From NCBI RefSeq assembly GCF_001194135.2, contig NC_068991.1, forward strand, positions 74,916,658 to 74,949,934: a DNA stretch of 33,277 nucleotides, in the 5' to 3' direction. The position numbers were made by a program, and so were the translations under genes. Each line of letters opens with the position of its first letter. Positions within the stretch are counted from its first letter, which is position 1. This document shows positions 1 through 10,880 of the stretch, piece after piece. The notes beneath the pieces were generated by a model, which saw nothing but the letters and a program-made list of their open reading frames with translations, did no database searches and was not told the origin of the DNA. The DNA comes from Octopus bimaculoides. Lineage: Eukaryota.

Positions 1-567
1 ATGTGTGTATGTGTAAAAGGGAGTCATTTGAATGTGTGTGTGTATGTGTGTCTGTGTGTAAAAGGGTGTCATGTGAATGTGTGTGTGTATGTGTGTCTGT
101 GTAAAAGGGAGTCATGTGAATGTGCGTGTGTATGTGTGTCTGTGTGTAAAAGGGAGTCATGGGAATGTGTGTGTGTTTGTGTGTAAAAGGGAGTCATGTG
201 AATGTGTGTGTGTGTATGTGTGTCTGTGTGTAAAAGGGAGTCATGTGAATGTGTGTGTGTATGTGTGTCTGTGTGTAAAAGGAGTCATGTGAATGTGTGT
301 GTGTATGTGTGTAAAAGGGAGTCATGTGAATGTGTGTGTGTTTGTGTGTAAAAGGGAGTCATGTGAATGTGTGTGTGTATGTGTGTCTGTGTAAAAGGGA
401 GTCATGTGAATGTGTGTGTGTATGTGTCTGTGTAAAAGGGAGTCATGGGAATGTGTGTGTGTTTGTGTGTAAAAGGGAGTCATGTGAATGTGTGTGTGTG
501 TATGTGTGTCTGTGTGTAAAAGGGAGTCATGTGAATGTGTGTGTGTCTGTGTGTCTGTGTGTGTGTG
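1..567. repeat. Minisatellite, 13 units of ~36-47 bp (TAAAAGGGAGTCATGTGAA + variable TG-rich tract); may continue upstream of the window
   Basis: TAAAAGG anchor at about 14, 59, 102, 146, 184, 231, 276, 312, 349, 392, 433, 470 and 517. Explains the Cys/Val-rich ORFs 1..587. Confidence 0.95.
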
Positions 568-859
568 CAATGGAAGTGGGATGGTGAACGTTCAACACTG
601 AAAAGAAAAATCAAACTGCGTTTCAACTCTGTGTGACTGTATGTGTGTATATATGTACATGTACAAGGAAGTATGTGAATGTTTGTATGTGTGATTATTT
701 TGTACCTTATTTATATATAAATTACTACAATTAGCCATAATTTTTGACTGCATTGAGTCAGCTAATAAACAATAATGGCGTTAGAAATATTAATTTCTTC
801 ATCTTTATTTTAAACGTTAACTTGAAATTTTGATTCAAGTTTTTAATTTAGATGGCACT

Positions 860-1035
860 AACTCATTAGCATTTAAACTGGCTATATCCAGCCCTGGCCA
901 GATCTGGCCTCTCACACCTACTCTACAATATAATTTTAAAATAAATAACCGCATCATCTAAAGCTTGAAACTACAAGGTACTGCATGATTAATTCTAAAC
1001 CGTGTGAACAAATAAGCACAACATTTTCAGAGTCA
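860..1035. mobile_element. Degenerate MITE fragment (probably TTAA/piggyBac-type)
   Basis: Starts CTAACTCATTAGCATTTAAA, resembling a decayed TTAACCCTTT terminus like those at 19990, 23243 and 23498. Other end not recognisable. Confidence 0.35.
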
Positions 1036-1246
1036 CCTGCATGATTAAAGATCAATACAGTTTTTATTATAGAACCAAGGAAACTTTCAAGTGGTTTCAT
1101 ATCAAAAGGATTAAGGTAGTGAGTGACTGTGTATTAGCATTAATCAATTGGTACCATATGTTAATGTACCTTTAGCGAGTATATTCTACAACAACCTCAG
1201 GCTTCCCAAAATATTGCGGAACAAATATTGTGAAACAAACTTCGAG

Positions 1247-1450
1247 TGTTGGGCCTCATGGAGGCAAAGTGGCCGAGCTCCTTTTGAGAGGTTATGACTG
1301 AGACTTTGGCATTATGTCAGGCTTGAGAAGAAGACCCATCAAGCCGAACAAAATCGCAGTCGTAGCAGATACTGGTGTCATGCAAATGGCACCCGTGCCG
1401 GTGGCACATGACAGCACCCATTACACTCTTTGTTGGCTAGCATGGAAAGC

Positions 1451-1454
<4 letters not shown>
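1247..1454 (+). mobile_element. F2 SINE-like element, internally deleted copy
   Basis: 5' TGTTGGGCCTCA..GAGGC and 3' CTAGCATGGAAAGCGGAC match the reverse complement of 28766-29218. The GGAAGGGCATCCAG core is missing. Confidence 0.8.
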
Positions 1455-1485
<31 letters not shown>

Positions 1486-1539
1486 ATTTACCATGTGAAC
1501 TATGATAAGAAAGATATGGTGTATAATTTTTTTTGTGCA

Positions 1540-1605
1540 GGGGTTCCTTGAGATATGTAATTTATTTTAAGGGTTATGCTAGGGTAAAAATGTTGAGAAA
1601 CACTG
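1540..1605. mobile_element. hAT-like MITE right end
   Basis: Ends GTTGAGAAACACTG (reverse complement CAGTGTTTCTCAAC), a typical hAT/Charlie-type TIR. Partner TIR not found. Confidence 0.45.
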
Positions 1606-2222
1606 TACTAAGGACATGCTGCATTCCGTACGTTGTCCAGTTTATTGAAGATTAACCCTTAGTTTCTGGTGGTACCCGTTGTGAAAGAGAAGACTAGGAG
1701 GACGTAGAGCATGCTGTACTTGTGACAAAACTGTCATCTGAGCATGAGTTTCTCTCTGACTCATGAAATTCATTCTTCCAAAACATCCAACCCATGACAG
1801 CATAGAAAATGGATGTTATGCAGTGGTGGTGGTGGTGGTGGCAGCGGCAGCGATGGTGGTAGTGCTGTTGTTGTTGTTGTTTATGTAATGTATGTTAAGA
1901 GCCTTCCACCTTTTTTATTTTTTGTTTTTATCTGTCATATTATATCGGTATCTGTTTTGGGTTTTTATACTGGAATTATAGCTTATATGAGATTAATCTG
2001 TTAATCTCGTATTTAGTGTTGAAGTGTTCCAATCCCATCAAAGGGATTTTGTTGTCTTCTTCTCTTGTATTATAGGCAGTTCCTTGTGTTGCGCTTATTA
2101 CGGTCTGCTTTAAATGCCTTTAGTTGTTGCTTGCGCTTTTGTTGGCTGTTTTTTTTTTTTTTTTCTCTTTGGTTATTATTATCGTGCTATGCACAAATAA
2201 ATCACCGATGGAACTAGGGATC

Positions 2223-2263
<41 letters not shown>

Positions 2264-2412
2264 ATTGCTAGATAACTCCCAGAACACCTTTGTTCACTGT
2301 ATCTTGTTTCTTCTGATTGCCATGAAGCTCGTTTGTTTGGGGCAAATGGAATCTGTTCTGGCTAACTGTGAACCCTTTTGTGTGTTGATCCTCACAGTGT
2401 TGTGTTGAGAGA

Positions 2413-2597
2413 TCATCACCACCACCACCATCATCATCATCATCATTGCCAGCATCGCCATCATCATCATTATCACCACCACCATCATTATCATCACCAC
2501 CACCATTATCATCACCACCACCATCATCATCTTCATCATCTTCATCATCATCATCATCATCATCACCATTCACTACCACCACCACCACCATCATCAA
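2413..2597. repeat. Compound (CAT/CAC)n trinucleotide microsatellite
   Basis: Direct reading. Source of the poly-His, poly-Asp and poly-Met ORFs. Confidence 0.95.
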
Positions 2598-2680
2598 TTA
2601 ACGTCTGTTATTCATGCAGTTAACTAATTAGCTACTTAAGCTAATGATGTGGATTTGTCAGAAAGTTTTGTTGCCGAGCT

Positions 2681-3053
2681 GTCAGAAGTTTGCTTTCCAA
2701 CCACATGGTTCTCGGTTCAGTCCCTCTTCATGACACCTTGAGCAAGTGTCTTCTGCTGTGTTGCCCCAGGATGACTAAAGCCTTGTCAATGTATTTGGTA
2801 AATGGAAACTGAAAGAAGCTTGTCGTGTATGTGTTTCTCCCCCACAACTGCGGGACCTCTGGTGTTGGTTTATTTGCATTCCCATAACTTAGCAGTTGAA
2901 CAAAAAAAAAACTGATAGAATAAGTACGAGGCTTAAAACAAAAAGAAAAACAAATAAAAAGCAAGTACTGTGGTTGATTTGTTCGACTAAAACCCTTCAA
3001 TGCAGTGCTCCAGCATGGCTGAAGTCCAGTGTATGAAATGAGTAAAAGATAAA
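2681..3053 (+). mobile_element. F1 tRNA-derived SINE, diverged, near full length
   Basis: Colinear with 32213-32623 (CCAACCACATGGTT..GGTTCAGTCC..GGAAACTGAAAGAAGC..GCTCCAGCATGG..AGTAAAAGA). Confidence 0.85.
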
Positions 3054-3069
3054 ACACATGTAAAATTGG

Positions 3070-3633
3070 AGTAAAGATTGTTTGCCAACATAACATGGCA
3101 GTCCTGGTTTAGGACTAATGTTGCTGTAATTTAGCTCCAGGAGACATTGACTTCAGCTGGCTATATGGCATGATCTGTGTCCTTATATTTTCGAACAAGG
3201 GAATCTAGCACCCCCACTCAGCTCAAAACAACATCTGTTGCTGAATATCTCTCGTTGTGAGATTTAGAATAATAATTTTCGAATTTATAAATTAGTGACT
3301 AGTTGTCACTTTGAAAACTATATATTTTGAACAGGAATTTGACAGCACCACCTCTAGCCAAACAATCATTCTGTACTGATGAAGGGAAATAATCTGGAAA
3401 TTGCGATACACAGATATTGTTTTGAGCTGAGTGGGGGTGCTAGATTCCCTTGTTCGAAAAAAGAAGGACACAGATCGTATCGTATAGCCAGCTGGAAACG
3501 ATGTCTCCTGGGGCTAAATTACAGCAACATTCGTCCTAAACCAGGACTGCCATGTTATGTTGGTAAACAATCTTTACTACAAAGTACTGTTGCTGAATAT
3601 CTCACGTTGTGAGATGTAAAAATAGTAATTTTC
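3070..3633 (+). mobile_element. Penelope pseudo-LTR / retrozyme-like element: 352-bp unit (3235-3586), partial next unit (3587-3633) and inverted 169-bp partial copy (3070-3238)
   Basis: 3070-3238 is the reverse complement of 3410-3578 (14 mismatches in 169 bp by manual alignment, no indels). 3235-3280 is repeated directly at 3587-3633. Hammerhead-like motif at 3370-3414. Confidence 0.7.
3370..3414 (+). ncRNA. Type I hammerhead ribozyme-like motif (probably partly decayed)
   Basis: Stem I TCTGT 3370-74 / ACAGA 3410-14; core CTGATGA 3376-82; extra A; stem II GGGA / TCTG with loop AATAA (closing pair G-G mismatched); GAAA 3397-3400; helix III AT-TGCG-AT; predicted AUA cleavage after A3408. Confidence 0.6.
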
Positions 3634-3885
3634 TAACACGTAAAGTTATTAGAACATATTTTAACAAATCCCCCCCCCCCCCAATAACATCAATAACATT
3701 ATAAAGAGATTCTATGACAAAACAAGTTATGCAAATATTTTCTTGTCGCCTAAGAATTTATTCTTTACTTACATCTTTCCATGAGTATATTCAGAAGAAT
3801 ATTTTTTGGGTGAGATTTTTAATGAAACTAATTCTGAAAAATAATCTATTTTGTTTCCATATTTTCTTTGTTTTTTTTTTTTTTT

Positions 3886-3895
3886 NNNNNNNNNN
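3886..3895. other. Assembly gap (10 N) within a poly-T run
   Basis: N run. Confidence 1.
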
Positions 3896-4620
3896 TTGTT
3901 TTTTTTTTTTTGTTAAGGATGTATTTTTAATTTTTATAATGCTTATGTATTTCACCCTTTTTTTTTCTTCTTGCATTCCTGCATCACTAATCATGATTGG
4001 ATTTCATGTGGAATTGATTTATTCTTATTAACCTCCTCGTAACAGAATTTTTCTTGGAATCCTTTCCTGATAAACAGCCTCTTCCAATTCTTTATTAGTT
4101 GCAAAAAAAATAAATAAATAAATAAATAAAATAAATAAATGTAGAGAAATATGTGAAAAATCTTGCTAAAAAGCAGAAAAAAATGCTTGCTAAAAAATGG
4201 TATATTTTTTTGTATTTCTTTCATTCATTTTATGTTTGATCAGAAATTTACTCATAGAACTTAGAGTGCAGAGTATATTTGGTAAAGGAAAAAGACTCTT
4301 GTTATGAACAAACAACTTTGACGCTATTATGTCTTGACAGTAAAACCAAAAAAAAAGAAAAAAGAAAAAAAGAGAGATTTTCAAATATTTTTTAAGCCAT
4401 AGACAAGAGATATATTTTTAGTCATAAGTTTTGTCTGAACATTTGTTTCAGGAAAAGACAAAAAAATGGTAAAAAAAAGATAGGTGGAGGAACATCTTGA
4501 GTATGATCCTTTTGTCACATAACAAAAAAAAAAGAAAGAAATGAAGAAAAAATATTTAGATGTTGGAATTTTTGTTGTTTTCTTTGTTAGGATTGTTTTT
4601 TTTTTTTGTGTGTGTGTGTG

Positions 4621-4932
4621 TAGCACCTTGGGCAAGTGTTGTTTGTCTACTACAGCCTTAGGCTGATCAATGCCTTGTGAGTGAATTTTTTTCACGGAAA
4701 CTGTGTGGAAGCCTGTTATATATATGCATGTGTTGTGCTTCCCCCCCCCCTTCCCTGCTTGATACCCACTGTTTGTGTTCCTATAATTTAGCGATTCAGG
4801 AAAGGAACCTGATGGCATAAATACTGGACTTTAAAAAAGCAAGGAAAACGTAAATTTTGTGGTCAGTTTGATGAAAATCTTCAAGGTGGTGCTCCAGCAA
4901 GGCCACAGTCCAGTGACTGAAACAAGATGAAA
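4621..4932 (+). mobile_element. F1 SINE, 5'-truncated and diverged
   Basis: GCACCTTGGGCAAGTG..GCCTTGTGAGTG..GGAAACTG..GGTGGTGCTCCAGCAAGGCCACAGTCCAGTGACTGAAACAAG, colinear with F1. Confidence 0.8.
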
Positions 4933-5095
4933 CAGCAATATTATAAGTTTGCATTAAATGATTCCCCCCCACCTTCTTTTACTGGATGACAAAGTAGTAC
5001 TTTATATAACCCAGAGTAACTGCAATCTTGTCTTTTGCTCTCATTAGATTCTAACCCTCAGATTCTAAGTTCAATCCCAAGCAGGGACTTGAAAA

Positions 5096-5287
5096 GTAAT
5101 ATCAACAGAAAAATAACATCTGCACCATAGCTTAGGAATGAGAACAGTGTACCCCATCAGTCAAATAAAAGTTTGGGTTCGAAATTCCACCAGAACACCT
5201 GATGAAGGCTGGAGAGTACACCAGCTGAAATGTTGTGATAACAACAAACAAGATGTGGACACGTATCCATCCATTGTAAATAATGTC
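5096..5287 (+). mobile_element. Penelope-like element terminal fragment carrying a minimal hammerhead
   Basis: Contains CCTGATGAAGGCTGG..CCAGCTGAAATGTTGTG, the CTGATGA..GAAA signature found at Penelope termini. Boundaries approximate. Confidence 0.55.
5194..5239 (+). ncRNA. Minimal type I hammerhead-like motif
   Basis: Stem I AACAC 5194-98 / GTGAT 5235-39; CTGATGA 5199-5205; extra A; stem II GGCTGG 5207-12 / CCAGCT 5221-26; GAAA 5227-30; loop-less helix III (AT/GT); predicted cleavage after T5234. Confidence 0.6.
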
Positions 5288-5479
5288 AGAATTTTTGTTG
5301 TCTTCTAATTTAACCTTTTTTTTTCTACTTTGAATTCAGTGTGCAGTATATGGAATCAACAATTGTGAGGTCAGGAAAGAGCCTCTATCTTGTTAGCTTG
5401 ACTTGCTCCAAATAGCAACCATATTTCCTCCAAATCATGTATTGAAAATGGAAGAGCACATTAAGATAATGTAGTTCCA

Positions 5480-5700
5480 CTACCATCATTATCATCACCT
5501 CGGTTTTGCAACTGCTTTCCCCACTGGCATGGATTGGATGAATTATCACTCTTAATCAGTTCTTACTGGAAATGGTGCTCATCCATTTCATTTTCAGCCT
5601 GGTTTCTGCAACTGGATGCCCTTTATATCACTAACCCCTTTGCCATTTCTAGTGCTTTTTATCATAACACCAGTGCTAGAAAGAGTGTCATGTCTTCACC
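5480..5700 (-). mobile_element. F2-related SINE, highly diverged
   Basis: CAT-rich tail at left, GGCATGGATTGGATG and core CTGGATGCCCTT. Confidence 0.6.
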
Positions 5701-5972
5701 TTCTCTAGTACCAGTGCCTCGATAAGATGCTCTATATCTAAAAAGATAAGAACATCACAGTTTAAACACATTCAGTTATAGGTCTGCATAATCAAAGATA
5801 CCCTGGGCTAACCAACAACGATAAGACTTATTACTGTTAGTTTTACCTTCCTTAGTGTCGCATCTCTCTATCTAAGCAGTGTGTGGCAGCCTTGGTGAGT
5901 ATTTTTGACTGTAATAATCCTATAATAATTAAAACTTCGAGAATTGATTTGGTAGATGGAAACTGAAAGAAA

Positions 5973-6011
<39 letters not shown>

Positions 6012-6390
6012 GAAAAATGCATTAAATACTAAAAAATGTACACATATGACAAACACAGAAGGATCCTAATTCTTCACCAGTTATCAGCCGAAATGTTAAT
6101 ATACAATTTCATGCCTTTAATGATAAGACTAAGAACTTCATATATCGGCAGCACCCGCAAAATTTGCAGAGAATTAGGGCTTGAGTGAACAAAATGATAT
6201 AGAGCAGACGTACGAAAGTAAACAAATGTAATTTAAAATGATTGATGAAGATAGAATAGATACGGTATACATATATATATATATACATATATATATATAT
6301 GTATATATATTTTTTATTTATTTATGTGTTTCAGCCAAGTGGCTGCGGTCATATATATGAAACCATGTGTGTGAGTGTATGTATATATGT

Positions 6391-6725
6391 GCAGCACCTT
6401 GGGCAAATGTCTTCTATGATACCCTTAGACTGATCGTGGATTTGGCGGACAGAAATTAAAGAAGCCTCTTGTATATGCATGTATATCTATATCTGTGTGT
6501 GTCTGTCTGTCTGCATTTGTCCGCCATTATCGCTTGACAACTGCTGTTGGTGTGTTTATGTCCCTATAACATAGCAGTTCAGCTAAAGAAACTGATAGAA
6601 TGAATAAATAGGCTTAAAAACAGTAAGTACTGGGGTCAATCCAATGTGCCAAAATTCTTCAAGGCATTGCCCCAGCATGGCCGTAGTCTAATAACTGAAT
6701 CAAACAAAAAAGAAAAAAGATAAAA
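6391..6725 (+). mobile_element. F1 SINE, 5'-truncated
   Basis: GCAGCACCTTGGGCAAATGTCTTCT..CGCTTGACAAC..CCCCAGCATGGCCGTAGTC, colinear with F1. Confidence 0.8.
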
Positions 6726-7789
6726 ATGCATATGAGTGTATGCATGCTTGTGTTTTGTTATCTTAACAGGGTGTGGTTGTTGTAAACGATTGTCACTGTT
6801 ATACAAGCAGTGTCAATCATTCCCAGTGCTCTGCAAAAACTTCTCTGGCCATAAAGAAATATGATTTCACTTGGAAGCACATGAAGGTTGACAACAGGAG
6901 GGGCATCTGGCTGTCGAAAACCTGCCTCAATAAATTCCGTCTGATCTTTGCAAGCATGGAAAGGTGGTCATTAAAATGGTGATGATGATGATGATGATGA
7001 TGGGCTTCTTTCAATTTCCATCTATCAAATCCCCATCAAAGGCTTTGATCAGAATGTGTTGTAAATCTATGTTTATGTATGAAGAACAGACATATTGTCT
7101 CAGAATAAAGAATGTTTAACTTTGGAAAAACAAAATAAGTCAATTTCGCTTGGTATGAATAAAGATGTATGGTGGGGGTGGGGAAAAATAAACACGGACA
7201 TTATCATTAGTGCATAACTGCATAATGCTGATGTCTGAATAGTGCTGGATTACTTAACATAAAAAGAAGGCAGCATGTATGTAACATCTTTGTCTTTTAG
7301 AACACCCTAAAGAATTTAAAGAATTTACTGAGCTGAAGATTTGAAATTCAAAATTCAAATTCTATTAAGTTCGTTTTTAATGATAAAAGGCAATTTCCCA
7401 TTTTCTTTGAATGAAAGAGATATTTTGCCACATAAAACAAATTATGAAAGAAAATAAATTAATTTTCTTGAAATTATATATTACATGTCTGTTAATCTAT
7501 TTGCCTGTAGACTTTATTGTACATTTGACAGCGGAGTTTTGAATTAACTAATCTAAGTAAGATGTAATCTCCTAGCAACAATAGTGAATTTATCAGAAAC
7601 TCATAAAGAATATGTATTTTTTTAATTAGATACACTCTGTCTATTAATTAAGTATTGTGATAATTATTGTCACTGGTGAACAGGGATTTATTATTAAAAT
7701 ATAACCCATTGCTTGCAGCATTTGCACTACTAATCTTTCTTTAAACATCTTTGTTTTGTACTTTGAAGTAACGTACTTCATAGTACAAG

Positions 7790-7880
7790 CAGTGCTGTGT
7801 GATCTGAGTTCAAATCTGACTGACGTTAACTCTGCTTTTTTATTCTTTTGGAATCGATAAGATAAGAAGTAGCAGTCAAA
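7790..7880 (+). mobile_element. F3 SINE fragment, decayed
   Basis: CTGAGTTCAAATCTG (B-box) followed by TTCTTTTGGAATCGATAAGATAAG, resembling 13925-13995. Confidence 0.5.
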
Positions 7881-7954
7881 AGCCATTGATTGGCAAAACT
7901 GTAAGAATATTAGTTGAGACGCCCATGGTTTATGTGTGTATGTATGTGAGTGTG

Positions 7955-7993
<39 letters not shown>

Positions 7994-8259
7994 GCTCAGT
8001 GAGTGCTGTTTTTTCTTGTACCTGGTCGAGAGACAAACAAACCCCTGTTTGTGTGTATACTTGTGTATTTATGTATATGAGTGTGTGTATGCATATATGT
8101 GTACACACACACACACACACACACACTCTGTTATTGTATTGTTTTTATCCATAATTTTGCGTCCTGCTTGTATGTTGCCGTTTAGAGGCCATGTTTGTCC
8201 ATCACCTCATTGATATTCTCTATATCACTGGTACAAACAGATGAGCAATAACATGAAAT

Positions 8260-8675
8260 ATAAAGTCTTCAGACTTTAAACATGCTGAAACAATATTGAG
8301 TCTGGTTGCCATGGCTGTTGAGAGGATTTTCATGTTTATTTGTCTTTTGTTCTTTTTGTCTTGTTTCTGTATTCCTTTTGATTTTTCATTTATATGTATG
8401 TTTATATGTCCTTATATAATACATAGCCACGTATATGCACGTGTCTGTGAGAATGTTTACACTCTGTGATCAAAGAGCTGAGTCTAGTGTTGTCTTTTGT
8501 CATTGCCCTGTTGACAAATCATCCGGTTGCTAAATGCTTTTGAAGATGTTCAGAATGAAGAGCTCCTTGCAAGGGCTGGCAACTGCAATGACATCCAGAC
8601 ATAATATGATACGTCAACTGTACCTATTCATTTACCACTCACTATTACAGAAAATCAAATTCAAGAGCGAGCAAA
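8260..8675. mobile_element. Possible decayed Penelope-like terminal repeat
   Basis: T-rich tract followed by TTGAAGATG..GACATCCAGAC resembling a decayed ribozyme-bearing terminus. Family not verifiable here. Confidence 0.3.
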
Positions 8676-9383
8676 AAAAAACAGAAATAAATGAACGTAT
8701 CTAAAATGTCTACACAAAATGAAATAAAGCCACATTTTTTAGAGTCCATTGAAGCAACGAAATATTCCATTTAAGCTTTAAAACTAGAACCTTTAACTTC
8801 TAATACCTTACAGTAGAGTAAGTTAGCTTGTTAAAATAATCACTCAGTATATAGCCAGGAGATTTTGTTCAATAAAAGGAATGATATAATCGCTAAGCAC
8901 ATTTTTATTGCATCATAAAATGTTGCCCATGCTAAACCTCAATATTTTGATGGAGAATTTGTTAAAAAAATATCGCTCAAGTTATTATATTAGGTGCAAT
9001 AAATCTAAACAAATATCACATCAGAAATTCTGGTTTCATGTGATATTACATAGATTAGGGTTAGTTTTGCAAGAAATAACAAATTTAAAAACAAGCAAGA
9101 TAATAATATTATATCAGAGTGACATTTTTTATTTGCAATGTGGCTGCGGCTTTGATCTTGCTGTGCATGGCACCGTAGGATAGTGTCATTGTCATAGACC
9201 TCCTTGGGTTGATAGAACCCGTGTAATTGGAATTTGGTAGGCCAAATTGTATAGAAATATATTTACATACATATACATATATACAATATATATATATATG
9301 TTTGTGTGTGTGTATATATCTCAGGTACGCACATGGAAAATGTATATATGTAAATATACACATATACATACACAAAAAAATGT

Positions 9384-9426
<43 letters not shown>

Positions 9427-9797
9427 CTGTTTATCCATGCTTCTATGGAAATCTGTCAAATCTGCTTTTGCTCATTTTACAAGTATTTTCCCTTACTTTC
9501 ATGGTTTATGTTGATACATATTGTTGAGCCATTATTTTCATGGCCAGATGTCCCTCTTGCTGCTAAGCCCACCTGTTTTTGCATTTGAGGAAGTTTTCTT
9601 ACCGCTCATCCTTGAAAGTACAAAGCAACTGGATAATTTGTGGACAGGGCAACGACAATAAAAGACACTATTTCTTGCGTTTCGATAATGAAAAGTGGTT
9701 GCGAAAAATCATAACATAGCTGCGTAAAGAAATGCCTGTCTCTAATTGTGGAACGAACCTGTGTAAGAGGTAAACTCAGGTGGCGAAATATGATCTT

Positions 9798-10098
9798 TAG
9801 TTGTTGGGTCTCATGAAAGGGACAACAAATGACTGAGAATTCTGGGGATTTGCTGGGCTTGAGAAGACATGACAATCTAAGTGAAATCATGGTTGTGGCC
9901 AGAGCTGGTGACACTTTAAAAGCACCTTTGCTGCTGTCATGTAAAAGACACCCAGGACACACTGTAAAGTGTTTGGCATTAGGAAGGGCATCCAGTGATT
10001 GAAATTTAGCCAAAACTGATGATTGGAGCTTGGTGCATCTCTCTGGCTTACTAGCTCCAGTCAAAATGTCTAACCCATGCCAGCATAAAAAATTGAAT
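9798..10098 (+). mobile_element. F2 SINE, diverged, near full length
   Basis: TGTTGGGTCTCATG start; core GGCATTAGGAAGGGCATCCAG at ~9975; tail CTAACCCATGCCAGCAT. Confidence 0.8.
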
Positions 10099-10172
10099 GT
10101 GTGTGTAGTTCATCAGAATCCAACAGGTTCAAGGATGTACTGTGTTCCATTGTTTGCTTTTCTTATAGTTTC

Positions 10173-10440
10173 TTTAGCTGGTTGCCCTTTCTAATACCAA
10201 CCAATTCACTGCATGGACCGCATGCTTTTTTTTGTGCCACCTGCACTAGTGAGGTTACCATGCAGCTTGCGAGACTGCCAACCCTGAGAGAGACAGCTTT
10301 ACACTAGACGGAGGGGCGGGGACTAAAGTGTAAGAAGAGAAGTCAGAGCAGAGCGTGTTTCTTGTTGTAAAGGAATTACCTGGTTCCTCATATTTTAGAA
10401 GAGAGGGTGGAATTGATTGAGGTGGAGCCAGGAGGAGATA
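10173..10440 (-). mobile_element. F2 long-subfamily fragment
   Basis: CTGGTTGCCCTTTCTAATACCAACC (core) then GTGCCACCTGCACTAGTGAGGTTACCA and GTGTTTCTTGTTGTAAAGG, colinear with 27930-28150. Confidence 0.65.
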
Positions 10441-10603
10441 AATGTGAAGGTATTTCTTTACATTCCTATAAATTAGTTGTCCAGCAAAACCGAAACTAGT
10501 AGAAGCATCAGACTTCAAAAACGAAGGAAAAAATGTACAATGGTCAATTTGTCTACCTAAACCATTCATAGCTGTACTCCAGCTTAGCCGCAATCCATTG
10601 AGT

Positions 10604-10880
10604 CATCATCATCATCATCATCATCCAGTGTTTTAAATCTGGGTTTTATTCCTGTTAATGTGGGTGGCCGGATCTACCTCAATGTCATAGCAACTGAGGT
10701 AGGCAGGTGCAGCCCCCCCCAACCCATGGGCTGGCTGATTGGCTGGTGCTAATTCTCCTTTGTTATCATGAGGCTTTTTTAGAGCTGGATTTTCTACGGG
10801 GAGCATGCCCTTGCTTACTCCTAACCTCAGTTTCTAGACATGAGTGGTCCTGAGACCAAAGCCTCTACCATGATTTTTAA
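10604..10880 (-). mobile_element. (GAT)n-tailed F2-related SINE nested in the 3' end of an F1 SINE
   Basis: The F1 tail GCTGTACTCCAGCTTAGCCGCAATCCATTGAGT (10571-10603) resumes as GAGTGAAACAAGTAAAAGAA (10881-10900). GAGT is duplicated on both sides. Confidence 0.7.

Noticed and set aside
1-567. CRISPR-like array
   Set aside because: The spacers are near-identical TG tracts, not unique sequences; eukaryotic context; no cas genes.
2270-2412. Possible exon between microsatellites
   Set aside because: No recognisable peptide in any frame and no convincing donor site.
3052-3645. Target-site duplication around the hammerhead element (AACACATGTAAAATT at ~3052 versus AACACGTAAAGTT at ~3635)
   Set aside because: Needs a 2-bp indel plus a mismatch in AT-rich sequence; suggestive but not supportable without an empty site.
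8540-8605. Hammerhead in the possible Penelope fragment
   Set aside because: The core reads TTGAAGA and the GAAA position reads CATAA; too decayed to call.
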